A DNA stretch of 64,000 nt, taken from assembly GCA_964394645.1 (NCBI GenBank), contig CAYMYC010000001.1, positions 47,241 to 111,240 of the forward strand. The letters are read 5' to 3'. The notes below the pieces were generated by a model. That model was not told the origin of the DNA. It saw nothing but the letters and a program-made list of their open reading frames with translations, and ran no database searches. Position numbers and translations under genes: made by a program. Each line of letters opens with the position of its first letter. Position 1 is the stretch's first letter. Source of the stretch: an uncultured Gammaproteobacteria bacterium. GTDB lineage: Bacteria; Patescibacteriota; Microgenomatia; Levybacterales; GWA1-39-11. Below are positions 10,568 to 21,270 of the stretch, piece by piece.

Positions 10568-10919
10568 GATAACTATTATAGCAATAATTGTGCTTCCGAT
10601 ATTGTATATGCTAGTATTAATACATATGGAGTGTGCAGCAAATGAAATAGCAACAGAGTTAGGTTGTCTTCCTGATGATCCATTAGGTTTTGTCCAGAAG
10701 TTTTACGGATGGGGACTTTCTCTTATCGGAGGAGTTGGGGTTTTATTTCTGATCTATGGAGGATACCACATATTAACATCAAGTGGGAATCCAGAGAAAT
10801 TACAAAAAGGTAAAGAATACATATATTATGCGATTGCTGGAATTGCGCTTGCTGTTTTTGGGTATGTATTTATAGAATTTATTGCAGGTTCAATACTTAG
10901 AATTCCTGGATTTTCATAA
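10566..10919 (+). CDS. CPR-type TrbC/VirB2-like pilin (start may be the ATG at 10626)
   Basis: IATELGCLP, then two hydrophobic helices flanking GGYHILTSSGNPEKLQKGKEYIYYAIAG, the pattern of T4SS-type pilins abundant in Patescibacteria. Confidence 0.8.
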   Translation: MITIIAIIVLPILYMLVLIHMECAANEIATELGCLPDDPLGFVQKFYGWGLSLIGGVGVLFLIYGGYHILTSSGNPEKLQKGKEYIYYAIAGIALAVFGYVFIEFIAGSILRIPGFS

Positions 10920-10927
10920 TTTTTATT

Positions 10928-13090
10928 ATGTTAAAGCAACTGCCCATATTGTTTTTTTCAACACTGCTTTTATTAGTATTTTCCTTTGGAGCAAGTTTTG
11001 CGCAATCAACGTCTGTAGTGAACACCTCGGGAAACCCTCCTGGAACCGTCAATATTAGAATAGCAGAAGATTCAGATCCCATTCAAATTGACGATTCAAC
11101 TACTCCTACGATTGGAGATTGGATACCTGACTCAACCGTTACCTTTGTTGGAAAAACAGCGAACAGAGCGGGAGATTTTCTTGATTGGACTATTCGAAAT
11201 TATGACTGGACATGTGTAAAAACTAATAGTGGATCATGTACCAGTTCTGGAAACCCATTAGTAGGCTTCTGGGCGCTTATAAGAAATATTGTATATGCGC
11301 TTCTTATAATATTAGTTTTGATTGCAGCTTTTGTCATGATAATAACTCGTGGGAGAAATCTGACAATAACCCGTTTTATTCCACGATTTATATTCATTAT
11401 TATATTAGTAACCTTATCATATGCTCTAATTCAGCTTATTTATCAGGTGACGGATATTATCCAGGGATTTTTTCTTAGAACGGACGGAAAACTTATTTCT
11501 ACAAAAGACTTAATATTTATTGGGTTTGATTATAAAAATTTTGAGGGAGCAAGAAGATATGGTGCTCAGTATGATGAATCTGCATTTATAACTCTTTTAT
11601 TGGTACGACTTACTGCTCTTACCTATTACGTTATGACAGGAGTATTGTTGGTAAGAAAAATAATTTTGTGGTTTTTTATTATCCTGTCCCCCGTTTTCCC
11701 GCTTTTGCTCTTTTTCAAGCCAGTAAGAAATACTGGTAAAATTTGGGTAGGTGAGTTTTTCAGATGGTTATTGTATGCGCCTCTGTTTGCAATATTTTTA
11801 CAAGGATTAGTTGTATTGTGGAAGAGTAAGGGGGGCATACCACTAGCGTTTGATTTTGCAAACGTAGGAGATGTTATATATCCGACAGCAGTAAATATAT
11901 TAATAGGTGGACCAGGACAAAAGATATTTTTTGATACGGAAACAAGCTCAAATAGCGTTAATTTACAAGACACATTCGCCCTTTACATAGTTGCCTTGTT
12001 GATGCTATGGGTGGTAATTATATTGCCATTCTTGCTTCTTAAAATCTTTTTAGATTACCTTGGTGGATTATCTCTTCAAGACAATATTACAATGAAAAGA
12101 CTTCTTAATCGCGGATCCGAATTCCTACCAATTAGTCGTCCTCCAACCCCCCCCCCATCTGCTCCACTCCCTCCATCGCAGGGAGCAGGAAGAGCGATGC
12201 AAATACCATTTAACACTTCTGCCTCCCGAAGTGTATCTGATATGAATAGAATGAGTTCTGCGCAGGCAAATCGTTCAATAGCATCTATTCCAGTTAATGC
12301 ACAGATATTACAGCTTGCAAATTTATCAGTACCAAAAATGCGAGACATTGCTCGCTTTGAGACGTCTATGGTGACGAATAACTCATCCAAAATGCAGGAT
12401 GTCTCCAGACTGAAAACATCACTTACAAGAATTTCAAATCCCACAACAATTACTGCTCCTTTAGAGCGGGAAAGATACACACAAGTAAAACAACAATTAA
12501 TTTCAGAAAAACAAAAAGGTAATGTTCTGGCGTCTTCAATTTTGACTGCGGCAAATACAACTGCCGCCCCTTACCAGAAAGGAATGGTTTCATCCCAACA
12601 AATTCATTTGCCGCAAGCAAATAAAGTACAGCAAGTAAGCATAGAGGACTATGAGGAAGTAAGAAAAATGTGGCAAGATACTTACCAAAATTCGACACCT
12701 CCAACTGATCTTTCAGGAAAGAAGGATTCAAGAGAGGAGTGGATTAAGGGAGATATAGATAAAATTAATCAAGCAATAACACTTTTAAATTCTGTTGATC
12801 CTGTAAGAACTCAAGAGGGAATGGATATGGTCTCAAACATACTTCCATTTCTTATGATTGGTGGTTTCTCCAAGACTGAAGTTATAGCCTATTTGAAGGC
12901 TAAGTTAGAGGCTGCCAAAGACGTTCTCTCATCAACTTCCAAAAAAAATGAGGAGGATGATACTATGATGGATCGTGATACAAAAGCTACAATTGCGGAA
13001 AAGCATATGAATACACATGCAGAGGCGGAAATTCCAACGATTGATGATGGAACAAAAAAACTTGAAGATTTAAGAAAACAGGGGCAGTAG
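10928..13090 (+). CDS. Multi-pass membrane protein, TrbL/VirB6-like, with long Pro/Ser-rich C-terminal region
   Basis: Signal peptide and about 6-7 TM helices, including VRKIILWFFIILSPVFPLLLFF..W..EFFRWLLYAP; follows the pilin gene after an 8 nt gap. Confidence 0.6.
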   Translation: MLKQLPILFFSTLLLLVFSFGASFAQSTSVVNTSGNPPGTVNIRIAEDSDPIQIDDSTTPTIGDWIPDSTVTFVGKTANRAGDFLDWTIRNYDWTCVKTNSGSCTSSGNPLVGFWALIRNIVYALLIILVLIAAFVMIITRGRNLTITRFIPRFIFIIILVTLSYALIQLIYQVTDIIQGFFLRTDGKLISTKDLIFIGFDYKNFEGARRYGAQYDESAFITLLLVRLTALTYYVMTGVLLVRKIILWFFIILSPVFPLLLFFKPVRNTGKIWVGEFFRWLLYAPLFAIFLQGLVVLWKSKGGIPLAFDFANVGDVIYPTAVNILIGGPGQKIFFDTETSSNSVNLQDTFALYIVALLMLWVVIILPFLLLKIFLDYLGGLSLQDNITMKRLLNRGSEFLPISRPPTPPPSAPLPPSQGAGRAMQIPFNTSASRSVSDMNRMSSAQANRSIASIPVNAQILQLANLSVPKMRDIARFETSMVTNNSSKMQDVSRLKTSLTRISNPTTITAPLERERYTQVKQQLISEKQKGNVLASSILTAANTTAAPYQKGMVSSQQIHLPQANKVQQVSIEDYEEVRKMWQDTYQNSTPPTDLSGKKDSREEWIKGDIDKINQAITLLNSVDPVRTQEGMDMVSNILPFLMIGGFSKTEVIAYLKAKLEAAKDVLSSTSKKNEEDDTMMDRDTKATIAEKHMNTHAEAEIPTIDDGTKKLEDLRKQGQ

Positions 13091-13140
13091 GCAATACTTG
13101 CAAAACAAGTATAAAATCCACATAATAGAATATACTGCCT

Positions 13141-15804
13141 ATGTTCGGAAATTTATTTAATTCAGGAAAACAGGACGACCAGATTGTAAGCCATGAAACT
13201 AAGGTAAATGTTGGAGATCCTATACTTGGGGGGGGAACAAATATTTCCATTGATTCGTCAAATAGCCCAAATCAAACACAAGACTTTCCGTCTGTTTCTC
13301 AAAGTCCTGTCGGAATGGATCCACAAAAAAGAGAAAACATGTTTGCTTTGTCTCGTCTTGATCCTCGAGCACTTCAGGTTCTCCATCATGCTCAGGAAGA
13401 AACCAAGCGTTTATCTCAAGAATTTATTAATCCGGAACAGCTTCTTTTAGGTCTTTTTTATGATGGGGATGTTTTTCGCATACTTGAGCAATTTAACGTA
13501 GATGTAGCAAAATTAACGCACGAGATTCAAGCAAAAGAAACGCCTGGTGCTTTTTCTGGACAGCCCACTATGGGTCCTGGCGTCGTTAAGATTTTTGATG
13601 AGGCATATTCAAACGCAAAAAAAAGAGGTGCTTCATTTGTTTCTCCTGAAGATATAATGGTTGCCCTTTTCTCTGAAGCATCAACTTCTGAATTTTTAAA
13701 AACATTTGGCGTGCAACGTGATAAATTAGAGGAAAAACTATCTAAATCTACTGGATATGCTTCATCTTCAAGAAAAAGTGTTTTAGAAAGATATGGAATT
13801 GACCTAACCCAGGAAGCAAAGGATGGTAAGCTAGATCCTATCGCGGGTCGAGAGAGAGAAACAGAACGTTTGATTCACATTCTGTTAAGAAGAACTAAGA
13901 ACAACCCGATTATTATTGGCGAGGCGGGTGTGGGAAAGACAGCAATTGTTGAGTCGCTTGCACTTAAAATAGCAGAGGGATCAGTTCCTCATGACCTTTT
14001 AAATAAGCGAGTTATTCAGCTTGAGCTTGCTTCGCTTGTTGCAGGAGCATCACATAGGGGTGAGTTTGAAGAGAGGTTACAGGATGTAATTAAAGAGACA
14101 CAAGCATCAAATGGTCAAATTATATTATTTATAGATGAGATACATACACTTATTGGAACTGGAGATACGCAAGGGGCAATGGATGCTTCTAATATTATTA
14201 AACCATATTTAGCAAGAGGGCAATTGCAACTTATTGGAACTACAACCACGGCTGAGTATCGTAAATATTTTGAAAAAGATAAAGCTTTTGAAAGGCGTTT
14301 CCAGTCAGTATTAGTTGATGAGCCGACAGAAGATGTTGCAGGGCAGATGCTTGAGGTATTAAAGCCAAAATATGAAAAATTTCACTCTGTTGAGATCACT
14401 CCTGAGGCGATTCAGGCTGCCGTTCATCTCTCAAAAAAGTATATAGGAGAAAGATATTTACCTGATAAGGCAGTGGATTTATTAGATGAAGCAGCAGCCG
14501 AGGTAAAGCTTCAACACACAGAAGGAAAAAGACAGGATAATAAGGTTATAAAATCAGACATTGAAAAGGTTGTATCTGCATGGACTGGAATTCCCATAAC
14601 GCGTCTCACAGAAGATGAATCTCAGAAATTAATTCATCTGGAGGATATTATTCATAAGAGATTAATAGATCAAGAAGAGGCTGTAGCAGCAGTATCTGAG
14701 GCGGTAAGGCGTGGTAGAATCGGACTAGCGAGTGCAAACAGACCAATTGCATCATTTATTTTCTTAGGTCCGACCGGAGTTGGGAAAACAGAATTGGCAA
14801 AAACACTTGCGGAGATTCTCTTTGGTCGAGATGATCTTATGATAAGGCTCGACATGTCGGAATATATGGAGAAGCATGAGGTGGCAAAGCTAATCGGTGC
14901 TCCTCCAGGGTATGTAGGCTATGAAGAAGGCGGACAGCTGACAGAAGCCGTACGTGCAAAGCCGTATTCAATAGTACTCTTAGATGAAATTGAGAAAGCT
15001 CATCCAGATGTATTTAATATTCTACTTCAGTTGTTGGAGGATGGAAGACTTACCGATAACAAAGGTAATACAATATCATTTAAAAATACAATTATTATTG
15101 CAACATCAAATATAGGATCTTCTCTTATTCAACAAACTCTTCTAACTCAAAGTTCAAACGCAACCCAGGTAGTTTCACCTGCAGAAGAGGCAAAAAGATT
15201 CTCAACGTTATCTAAGACATTGATGGATGAGTTAAGGAAATTTTTCAAACCAGAATTATTAAATCGTTTTGATGAAATAGTAATGTTTAAGCCGTTACGT
15301 CAGCAGGACATGATGCAGATTGCAAAAATTGGGATATCAAAAACGCAAAAATTACTAGCTGAACAGGAGATAAACTTAACTATAACTGAAAAAGCTCTTG
15401 GTGTATTGTCAAAAGAAGGTTACGATCCTGTCTATGGAGCACGACCACTAAGAAGACTCATACAGTCAGCCATAGAAAATCCAATAGCAATACTTCTTAT
15501 TAATAAAACGTTCGTAGTACATGATACTGTTCAAATTGATTATGATGATGCAAAAACCCAGTTTACTTTCACAAAATTAATACAAGCTATGGATAAAAAT
15601 GAACAGTCAGCAACCTCATTTTCACCACAATCTGCAACTCAGCCATCTGGCACTGCTGTTACTAAGCAGGCAGAGACGACAAATGGGAACGGAATTTTAT
15701 CGGATATAGCAAAAGAACATACTGCGGGCATGCCTTCTCCTGTGCAGACAGTGCCCTCAACTCCATCTGTTGATTCAAATGGTACTATGATGCAACCCGC
15801 ATAA
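13141..15804 (+). CDS. Class I Clp/Hsp100 AAA+ ATPase with Clp-N repeats; no middle coiled coil and no IGF loop
   Basis: [68 protein letters not shown]. Confidence 0.93.
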   Translation: MFGNLFNSGKQDDQIVSHETKVNVGDPILGGGTNISIDSSNSPNQTQDFPSVSQSPVGMDPQKRENMFALSRLDPRALQVLHHAQEETKRLSQEFINPEQLLLGLFYDGDVFRILEQFNVDVAKLTHEIQAKETPGAFSGQPTMGPGVVKIFDEAYSNAKKRGASFVSPEDIMVALFSEASTSEFLKTFGVQRDKLEEKLSKSTGYASSSRKSVLERYGIDLTQEAKDGKLDPIAGRERETERLIHILLRRTKNNPIIIGEAGVGKTAIVESLALKIAEGSVPHDLLNKRVIQLELASLVAGASHRGEFEERLQDVIKETQASNGQIILFIDEIHTLIGTGDTQGAMDASNIIKPYLARGQLQLIGTTTTAEYRKYFEKDKAFERRFQSVLVDEPTEDVAGQMLEVLKPKYEKFHSVEITPEAIQAAVHLSKKYIGERYLPDKAVDLLDEAAAEVKLQHTEGKRQDNKVIKSDIEKVVSAWTGIPITRLTEDESQKLIHLEDIIHKRLIDQEEAVAAVSEAVRRGRIGLASANRPIASFIFLGPTGVGKTELAKTLAEILFGRDDLMIRLDMSEYMEKHEVAKLIGAPPGYVGYEEGGQLTEAVRAKPYSIVLLDEIEKAHPDVFNILLQLLEDGRLTDNKGNTISFKNTIIIATSNIGSSLIQQTLLTQSSNATQVVSPAEEAKRFSTLSKTLMDELRKFFKPELLNRFDEIVMFKPLRQQDMMQIAKIGISKTQKLLAEQEINLTITEKALGVLSKEGYDPVYGARPLRRLIQSAIENPIAILLINKTFVVHDTVQIDYDDAKTQFTFTKLIQAMDKNEQSATSFSPQSATQPSGTAVTKQAETTNGNGILSDIAKEHTAGMPSPVQTVPSTPSVDSNGTMMQPA

Positions 15805-15828
15805 CCTCTTCTTGGTATAATAAAATAT

Positions 15829-17583
15829 ATGCAGAGTATACTTCACGTATTAAGGCGTATTGACACCCGTTTTTTTCTTTTACCATTTTTATTATTTGCA
15901 TTTGGGGCAATAGGATATGTAGCTGTTCAAGGGATTTTCTTTCAAAAAGATAAAATATTTCCTCAAGGCGTAAGATATATTCCGGATCAAATAATTATTA
16001 AATATAAAATTGGTCAATCCCCAGATGAACTTCAAAATGCTGGCAAGATAGAAGATAGAAGAGTTCTTTTGTTGGCTTTATCAAATGTTGGAGTTCTATC
16101 ACAGAAAAGGCTATATGCTTCGGAAAATTCTTTGCTTGAAAATTACTATATATTAACGCTCAAGCCAGGTTTTACTGTTCCGGATGCATATAATAGGCTC
16201 ACAAAGATACCCGAAATAGAAAATGCTGCCCCTGACTATATATTAAAAATACAGGAGACTCCTAATGACCCATATTACCCATCCATGTGGAATCTTTCTA
16301 GAATCGAAGTAGAAAAGGCTTGGAATCAGGCGCATGTAGATGGAAAGGTCACAATTGCAGTTATTGATACGGGAGTTGATTATCAGCACGAGGATTTGCG
16401 AGACGTGGTAATAAAGGGTAAAAATTTTATTTCAAATGATAACAACCCCATGGATGATCAAGGACACGGGACTCACGTCGCGGGGATAGCTGCTGCAACT
16501 ACAAATAACGGTATAGGGATAAGTGGTGCTACTTGGGGAGCTAAAATCCTGGCAATTAAGGCTTGTGATAAAAATGGAGACTGTAGCACAGCAAATGTTT
16601 CTAAAGCTATTCAATATGCAGTAGACAATAATGCAAAAATTGTAAATGTCAGTATTGCAGGAAGCGGTTCGTGTAATGGAACATATACAGATGTACTAAG
16701 ATATGCGGCAAAAAAAGGTGCGATGGTAGTCGTTGCTGCAGGAAACGGAAATAACGGAGATGGAATCGGTGTAAACGTAGAGTCACAAATACCGGCATCA
16801 TGTGATGGTTCAGTTGCAGTAGGATCAATAACAGCAGACGGTAGAAGGTCAGGTTTTTCTAATTTTGGTTCTAAAGTTGAAGTTTCAGCTCCTGGGGGGG
16901 CAGGTCCTTGTACAATGGAGAGTTGTATTATCTCAACCAGTATTAATAACTCATATTCTCTTCGTTCAGGGACGTCAATGGCAGCTCCGCAAGTGAGTGC
17001 AGTTGCCGCTCTCCTCTTGTCGTTGGATAAAAATTTGTCTATGTCAAAAATTCACTCCTGCATTATAGCTGGAGGAGACAATATTCAATCAGATAAAAGT
17101 ATAGGTCTTCTTCTAAACGCCCAAAACTCATTAAAAATTTGTGCGAAAATAGATGCAACCCCGACTCCAAAAAATAGCAGAAACAATTCATCTATCTCAG
17201 GTACTGTATTTATTGATACGAACAAGAATAAGAAGCTTGATTCAATTGAAAAACCAGTGTCGTCTGTTCAGGTAATTTTATCCGGATTAAGTAATGATAG
17301 TGTTCTTAGTAATTCTAAAGGAAAATATTTATTTTTGGGTTTACCAAATGGTTTATATACAATTTCTGCAACTTTAAATGGACAAAGCATAATTGCACCC
17401 ATAGATGTTTCTGCAGTATCAGGAGATTTAACACAGGTTAATATCCCTGTATCTTCTGAGATGGCAATTATTGCACCTACCCCTTCAATAGTAAAACAAA
17501 AAACTGCGTCTTATTGCTTCATAGATCCCGATTGTTTAAACAGTAAAAACTCAGTTCAAATATGTTCGTTTCAGTGCGAATGA
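15829..17583 (+). CDS. Membrane-anchored or secreted S8 subtilisin-like serine protease with C-terminal SdrD-B/Cna-B-like domain
   Basis: Catalytic triad motifs IAVIDTG, GHGTHVAG, GTSMAAP; N-terminal TM and prodomain; ISGTVFIDTNKNKKLDSIEKP. Confidence 0.93.
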   Translation: MQSILHVLRRIDTRFFLLPFLLFAFGAIGYVAVQGIFFQKDKIFPQGVRYIPDQIIIKYKIGQSPDELQNAGKIEDRRVLLLALSNVGVLSQKRLYASENSLLENYYILTLKPGFTVPDAYNRLTKIPEIENAAPDYILKIQETPNDPYYPSMWNLSRIEVEKAWNQAHVDGKVTIAVIDTGVDYQHEDLRDVVIKGKNFISNDNNPMDDQGHGTHVAGIAAATTNNGIGISGATWGAKILAIKACDKNGDCSTANVSKAIQYAVDNNAKIVNVSIAGSGSCNGTYTDVLRYAAKKGAMVVVAAGNGNNGDGIGVNVESQIPASCDGSVAVGSITADGRRSGFSNFGSKVEVSAPGGAGPCTMESCIISTSINNSYSLRSGTSMAAPQVSAVAALLLSLDKNLSMSKIHSCIIAGGDNIQSDKSIGLLLNAQNSLKICAKIDATPTPKNSRNNSSISGTVFIDTNKNKKLDSIEKPVSSVQVILSGLSNDSVLSNSKGKYLFLGLPNGLYTISATLNGQSIIAPIDVSAVSGDLTQVNIPVSSEMAIIAPTPSIVKQKTASYCFIDPDCLNSKNSVQICSFQCE

Positions 17584-17626
17584 CAGCTTAGGAAAATGGT
17601 TTCATATTTGGTAGAATAGGTAACAC

Positions 17627-18499
17627 ATGAAAAAGGACTATTACGAAATACTTGGTGTATCAAAAAGTGCGACCCCTGATGAATTAAAGAGGGCTTATAG
17701 AAAATTGGCTCTCCAGTATCATCCGGATAAAAATAAAACTCACGAAGGTGAGGAAAAATTTAAGGAAATAAACCATGCATATGAAGTATTATCGGATCCG
17801 AGTAAGCGTGCTACATATGATCAGGTTGGACCATCAGGATTTGATGGAAGCTCAGGTGCGTCGTCTGGTGCAGGTGGACCATTTGGTGGGCAAAGGGGTA
17901 GTCAATATGGACCCTTTACATATACATACGGGAGTAGTGGGGAAGGAGCAAATTATGATTTTGGAGGATTTTCTGACCCCTTTGAGATATTTGAGCAATT
18001 TTTTGGGGGTGGATACGCAAAGCGTAAGCCAAGATATAGCATTACGATAGATTTTTTAGAGGCAGTTCATGGTACTTCAAAGAAAGTTTCAATAGATGGG
18101 AAAACTCAAACAATCAAGATACCTGCAGGGGTAGACAACGGTTCGAGAATTCAATTCCCAAACTATGAAGTGATTGTCGGAGTGAGAGGAAATAGTAAAT
18201 TTCACAGGGAAGGTAATGATATCGTAACCGAACATGTAATTCCCCTATCTATTGCCATACTTGGTGGTACTATAGAAATAGAAACAGTACATGGTCAAGT
18301 AACGCTTAAAATTCCTGGTGGAACTCAACCGGACACTCTTATGAGAGTGAAAGGTAAGGGTGTGCCGCGCGTAAGAGGTGGAGGAAGCGGTGATCACTTT
18401 GTTCGGATTAAAATTCAAATCCCAACGAGAATAAATACACGACAAAAAGAATTACTTCATGAGTTTGATGAAGAAAGCCACAAGAAGAAGTGGTTTTAA
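17627..18499 (+). CDS. dnaJ: DnaJ-family co-chaperone without zinc finger (class II, CbpA-like)
   Basis: [13 protein letters not shown]-rich region with [12 protein letters not shown]-terminal domain; no CxxCxGxG repeats. Confidence 0.9.
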   Translation: MKKDYYEILGVSKSATPDELKRAYRKLALQYHPDKNKTHEGEEKFKEINHAYEVLSDPSKRATYDQVGPSGFDGSSGASSGAGGPFGGQRGSQYGPFTYTYGSSGEGANYDFGGFSDPFEIFEQFFGGGYAKRKPRYSITIDFLEAVHGTSKKVSIDGKTQTIKIPAGVDNGSRIQFPNYEVIVGVRGNSKFHREGNDIVTEHVIPLSIAILGGTIEIETVHGQVTLKIPGGTQPDTLMRVKGKGVPRVRGGGSGDHFVRIKIQIPTRINTRQKELLHEFDEESHKKKWF

Positions 18500-18549
18500 T
18501 TAGCCTGACACTATTGCTTTCCCACGCGACAAACATCTAATATAGATAC

Positions 18550-18888
18550 ATGGGTATTTTGTCCTATCCCTTTCTTGTGGTTTTATTTTGGTATAAAGAA
18601 GGTATATTATTTATTTTACTTTACTTTCGTTCCTTTGACGACTACTGTATACGACTACTTTCATTACACGGTTTATTTTCAAGTTATTTTAAGCCACTAA
18701 AAAACGAGTACAGAAAGAATCTAATTTTTTTCTCGATATTTTTCGGAATGATTGTTAAAACATTTTTAATTGCAATATCTCTTCTTCTACTATTTTTTAT
18801 TTTACTTTTTGAGGGGTTATTACTTTTTCTTTATGTTCTTTTCCCGCTTTTGCCTTTATTTATTCTTTTTTTCCCTAGATATATATAA
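18550..18888 (+). CDS. Small hydrophobic membrane protein
   Basis: Very hydrophobic 112 aa ORF ending 5 nt before the membrane-anchored Clp gene. Confidence 0.75.
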   Translation: MGILSYPFLVVLFWYKEGILFILLYFRSFDDYCIRLLSLHGLFSSYFKPLKNEYRKNLIFFSIFFGMIVKTFLIAISLLLLFFILLFEGLLLFLYVLFPLLPLFILFFPRYI

Positions 18889-18893
18889 ACCCA

Positions 18894-21263
18894 ATGAGAA
18901 ATTTTGACAGCTTTAGCATATATGTGTTTTACAATAATAGGCTCATAAAAACTATTCGTTTTTTAACACTTTTCTTATTAACGATCACCCTGTTTTTTAC
19001 AAGAAGCGACCTATACTTATTCAGAATAATTCTCAGTTTTTATATAGTACTCCTCATAAATGAAATTTTTGTCCATTTTAAAATTAATAAATCAAACCCT
19101 ATACATACAATAATGGTAGATGATAATTTACCCCAGAAGGCAGTACTCTTTAGTGTAAGATACTTACTTCAGTCAAAAAGTAATAATTCTTTTTTTGAGA
19201 AGTTGATAAAACGGGAAGATGTTGTATTTTTTATTGCAAAAATTGACGGATTTAATTTTTCTCCGATTGAATACAATATGGATGGATTATTAAGTAAAGC
19301 ACGTATTCTTGCGCGAACCTGCAAGGGAACATATATTACTGCATCTGATATTTTTGCAGCATACCTTCTTTTAACTGAAAATGAAAGTCACCTATTGGAT
19401 CAGAAAGAGTTAACAGAAAACGATATTCTGGAAATACTTTTATGGAGTAGGGGGAAATATAATCTTGATAAGATAAAAGATTTTACCATGCATTTTACAG
19501 GATCAGGGGTTTTTGATTTTTTTATTTACGGATGGAATACTCAATTAAAAGAATACTCATATGATATAACATATAGTCTATTAGGAAAAAATATGGCTCC
19601 TGTGGTAGGCAGACAAAAGGAATTTTCTCAAATGGTAGGAATACTTTCAAAAAATTCAATCAATAATCTATTAATAATTGGTGACCCTGGAGTTGGAAAA
19701 TCCTCGCTTGTTTCGCTCTTAGCGTTAGAGGCATACCGAAATACAAGATTTGTTTTACATAACACTGTTGTCTATGAGCTTCTTGTTGATAGGCTACTTG
19801 CGGGAGTTTCAGATGCTGGAGAATTGGAAGCACGTTTAGGTATGCTTCTTTCCGAAATCGAACATATTGGAAATACGATACTTTTTATTCAAAATATGGA
19901 AAATATTTTTGGAGCTGGAGGATTTGGTTTTGATATGTCAGGAATATTATTTTCCTATTTAAAAAATGGAAGATTACAGATAATAGGCACAACTACACCT
20001 TCATCTTACAAGTCTGTAATTGAGAAGAAATCAAGCATCATGAGTCTTTTTGAGCTGTTGAGATTAGAAGAGCCTGAGCGTGATGTTTCATTACAAATGA
20101 TAGTTGCCCATGTCGATAGTATTGAAAGAGAATATCATGTAAGTATCTCATATAAAGCAATACATGAAGCATTGGAGTTGGCATCATCATTTCTCCCTGA
20201 AACATTTCTCCCTGGAAAAGCAATAATTCTTCTCTATGATGTTTCCTCGAGAGTTAGACTAGAGGGAAGAGGTCAAGTTGAAAAGGAGGATGTGGTTAGG
20301 TTTATCCAAGAGAAGACAAATATTTTACTTGAGAGACCAGATATAGATGAGAAAAAAGTTTTATTATCCCTGGAGCAAGATTTGCATAAGAGAATAATCG
20401 GACAGGATGAGGCGGTTACTGCAATCTCTAAGGCAATAAGAAGGCTTAGGAGTGGTTTTTCTCAGAGCAAGCGCCCTATCTCGACCTTTCTTTTTCTAGG
20501 TCCTACAGGAGTAGGAAAAACGGAAACTGCAAAAGCACTAGCTCAGATCTACTTTGGGGATGAAGCAAATATGATCAGGCTTGATATGAGTGAGTATCAG
20601 ACACAAAATGAGGTAGAGAGATTATTGGGTGGCGTTCCTGGAGGAATAGAAATAGAAAGCTCATTGCCTGAGCAGGTAAGACTTCATCCTTTTTCATTAA
20701 TATTATTGGATGAATTTGAGAAAGCACATCCGCACATATTAGATATTTTTCTACAGGTTTTTGAGGATGGTCGGCTTACGGATAATAACGGCAAAACGGT
20801 TTCTTTTAAAAATACTATTATTATCGCAACAAGTAATGCTGGTTCAGAATCAATTCGTGAGATGATGCATGAGGGGAAAGACCCGTCATTGGCTAAAGAC
20901 ATTTTAGTGGAGGGACTACTTAGTGGGGGAGTTTTTAAGCCAGAGCTTTTAAATAGATTTGATGATGTGATTATTTTTACTCCGCTTTCTGTTTCTGAAG
21001 CGACTGAAATCGCAAAGTTAATCCTTGCATTATCTCTGAAGTCATTAGAAGATGATCAGATTTTTATTGATTTTGATGATAAGGTAGCCGGTAAAATCGT
21101 ACATGATTCATTTGATGAAGATGCTGGTGCTCGAAATATGAGAAGGTATGTCGGATCAACAATTGAGGATTATTTATCAAAGCTTATATTGGAAGACAAA
21201 TTACAAAAAGGATCACACGTTATTTTGACAGTCGACGAGACCAATAATTTTATATTACAATAA
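18894..21263 (+). CDS. Clp/Hsp100 ATPase with two N-terminal TM helices and degenerate first AAA module
   Basis: TM segments at about aa 21-62; D1 GDPGVGKS with Walker B read as FIQNME; D2 [34 protein letters not shown]. Confidence 0.88.
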   Translation: MRNFDSFSIYVFYNNRLIKTIRFLTLFLLTITLFFTRSDLYLFRIILSFYIVLLINEIFVHFKINKSNPIHTIMVDDNLPQKAVLFSVRYLLQSKSNNSFFEKLIKREDVVFFIAKIDGFNFSPIEYNMDGLLSKARILARTCKGTYITASDIFAAYLLLTENESHLLDQKELTENDILEILLWSRGKYNLDKIKDFTMHFTGSGVFDFFIYGWNTQLKEYSYDITYSLLGKNMAPVVGRQKEFSQMVGILSKNSINNLLIIGDPGVGKSSLVSLLALEAYRNTRFVLHNTVVYELLVDRLLAGVSDAGELEARLGMLLSEIEHIGNTILFIQNMENIFGAGGFGFDMSGILFSYLKNGRLQIIGTTTPSSYKSVIEKKSSIMSLFELLRLEEPERDVSLQMIVAHVDSIEREYHVSISYKAIHEALELASSFLPETFLPGKAIILLYDVSSRVRLEGRGQVEKEDVVRFIQEKTNILLERPDIDEKKVLLSLEQDLHKRIIGQDEAVTAISKAIRRLRSGFSQSKRPISTFLFLGPTGVGKTETAKALAQIYFGDEANMIRLDMSEYQTQNEVERLLGGVPGGIEIESSLPEQVRLHPFSLILLDEFEKAHPHILDIFLQVFEDGRLTDNNGKTVSFKNTIIIATSNAGSESIREMMHEGKDPSLAKDILVEGLLSGGVFKPELLNRFDDVIIFTPLSVSEATEIAKLILALSLKSLEDDQIFIDFDDKVAGKIVHDSFDEDAGARNMRRYVGSTIEDYLSKLILEDKLQKGSHVILTVDETNNFILQ

Positions 21264-21270
21264 TAGTAGA

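Noticed and set aside
10566-13090. Conjugative element or ICE
   Set aside because: No relaxase, coupling protein, VirB4, integrase or att repeats were seen in the window
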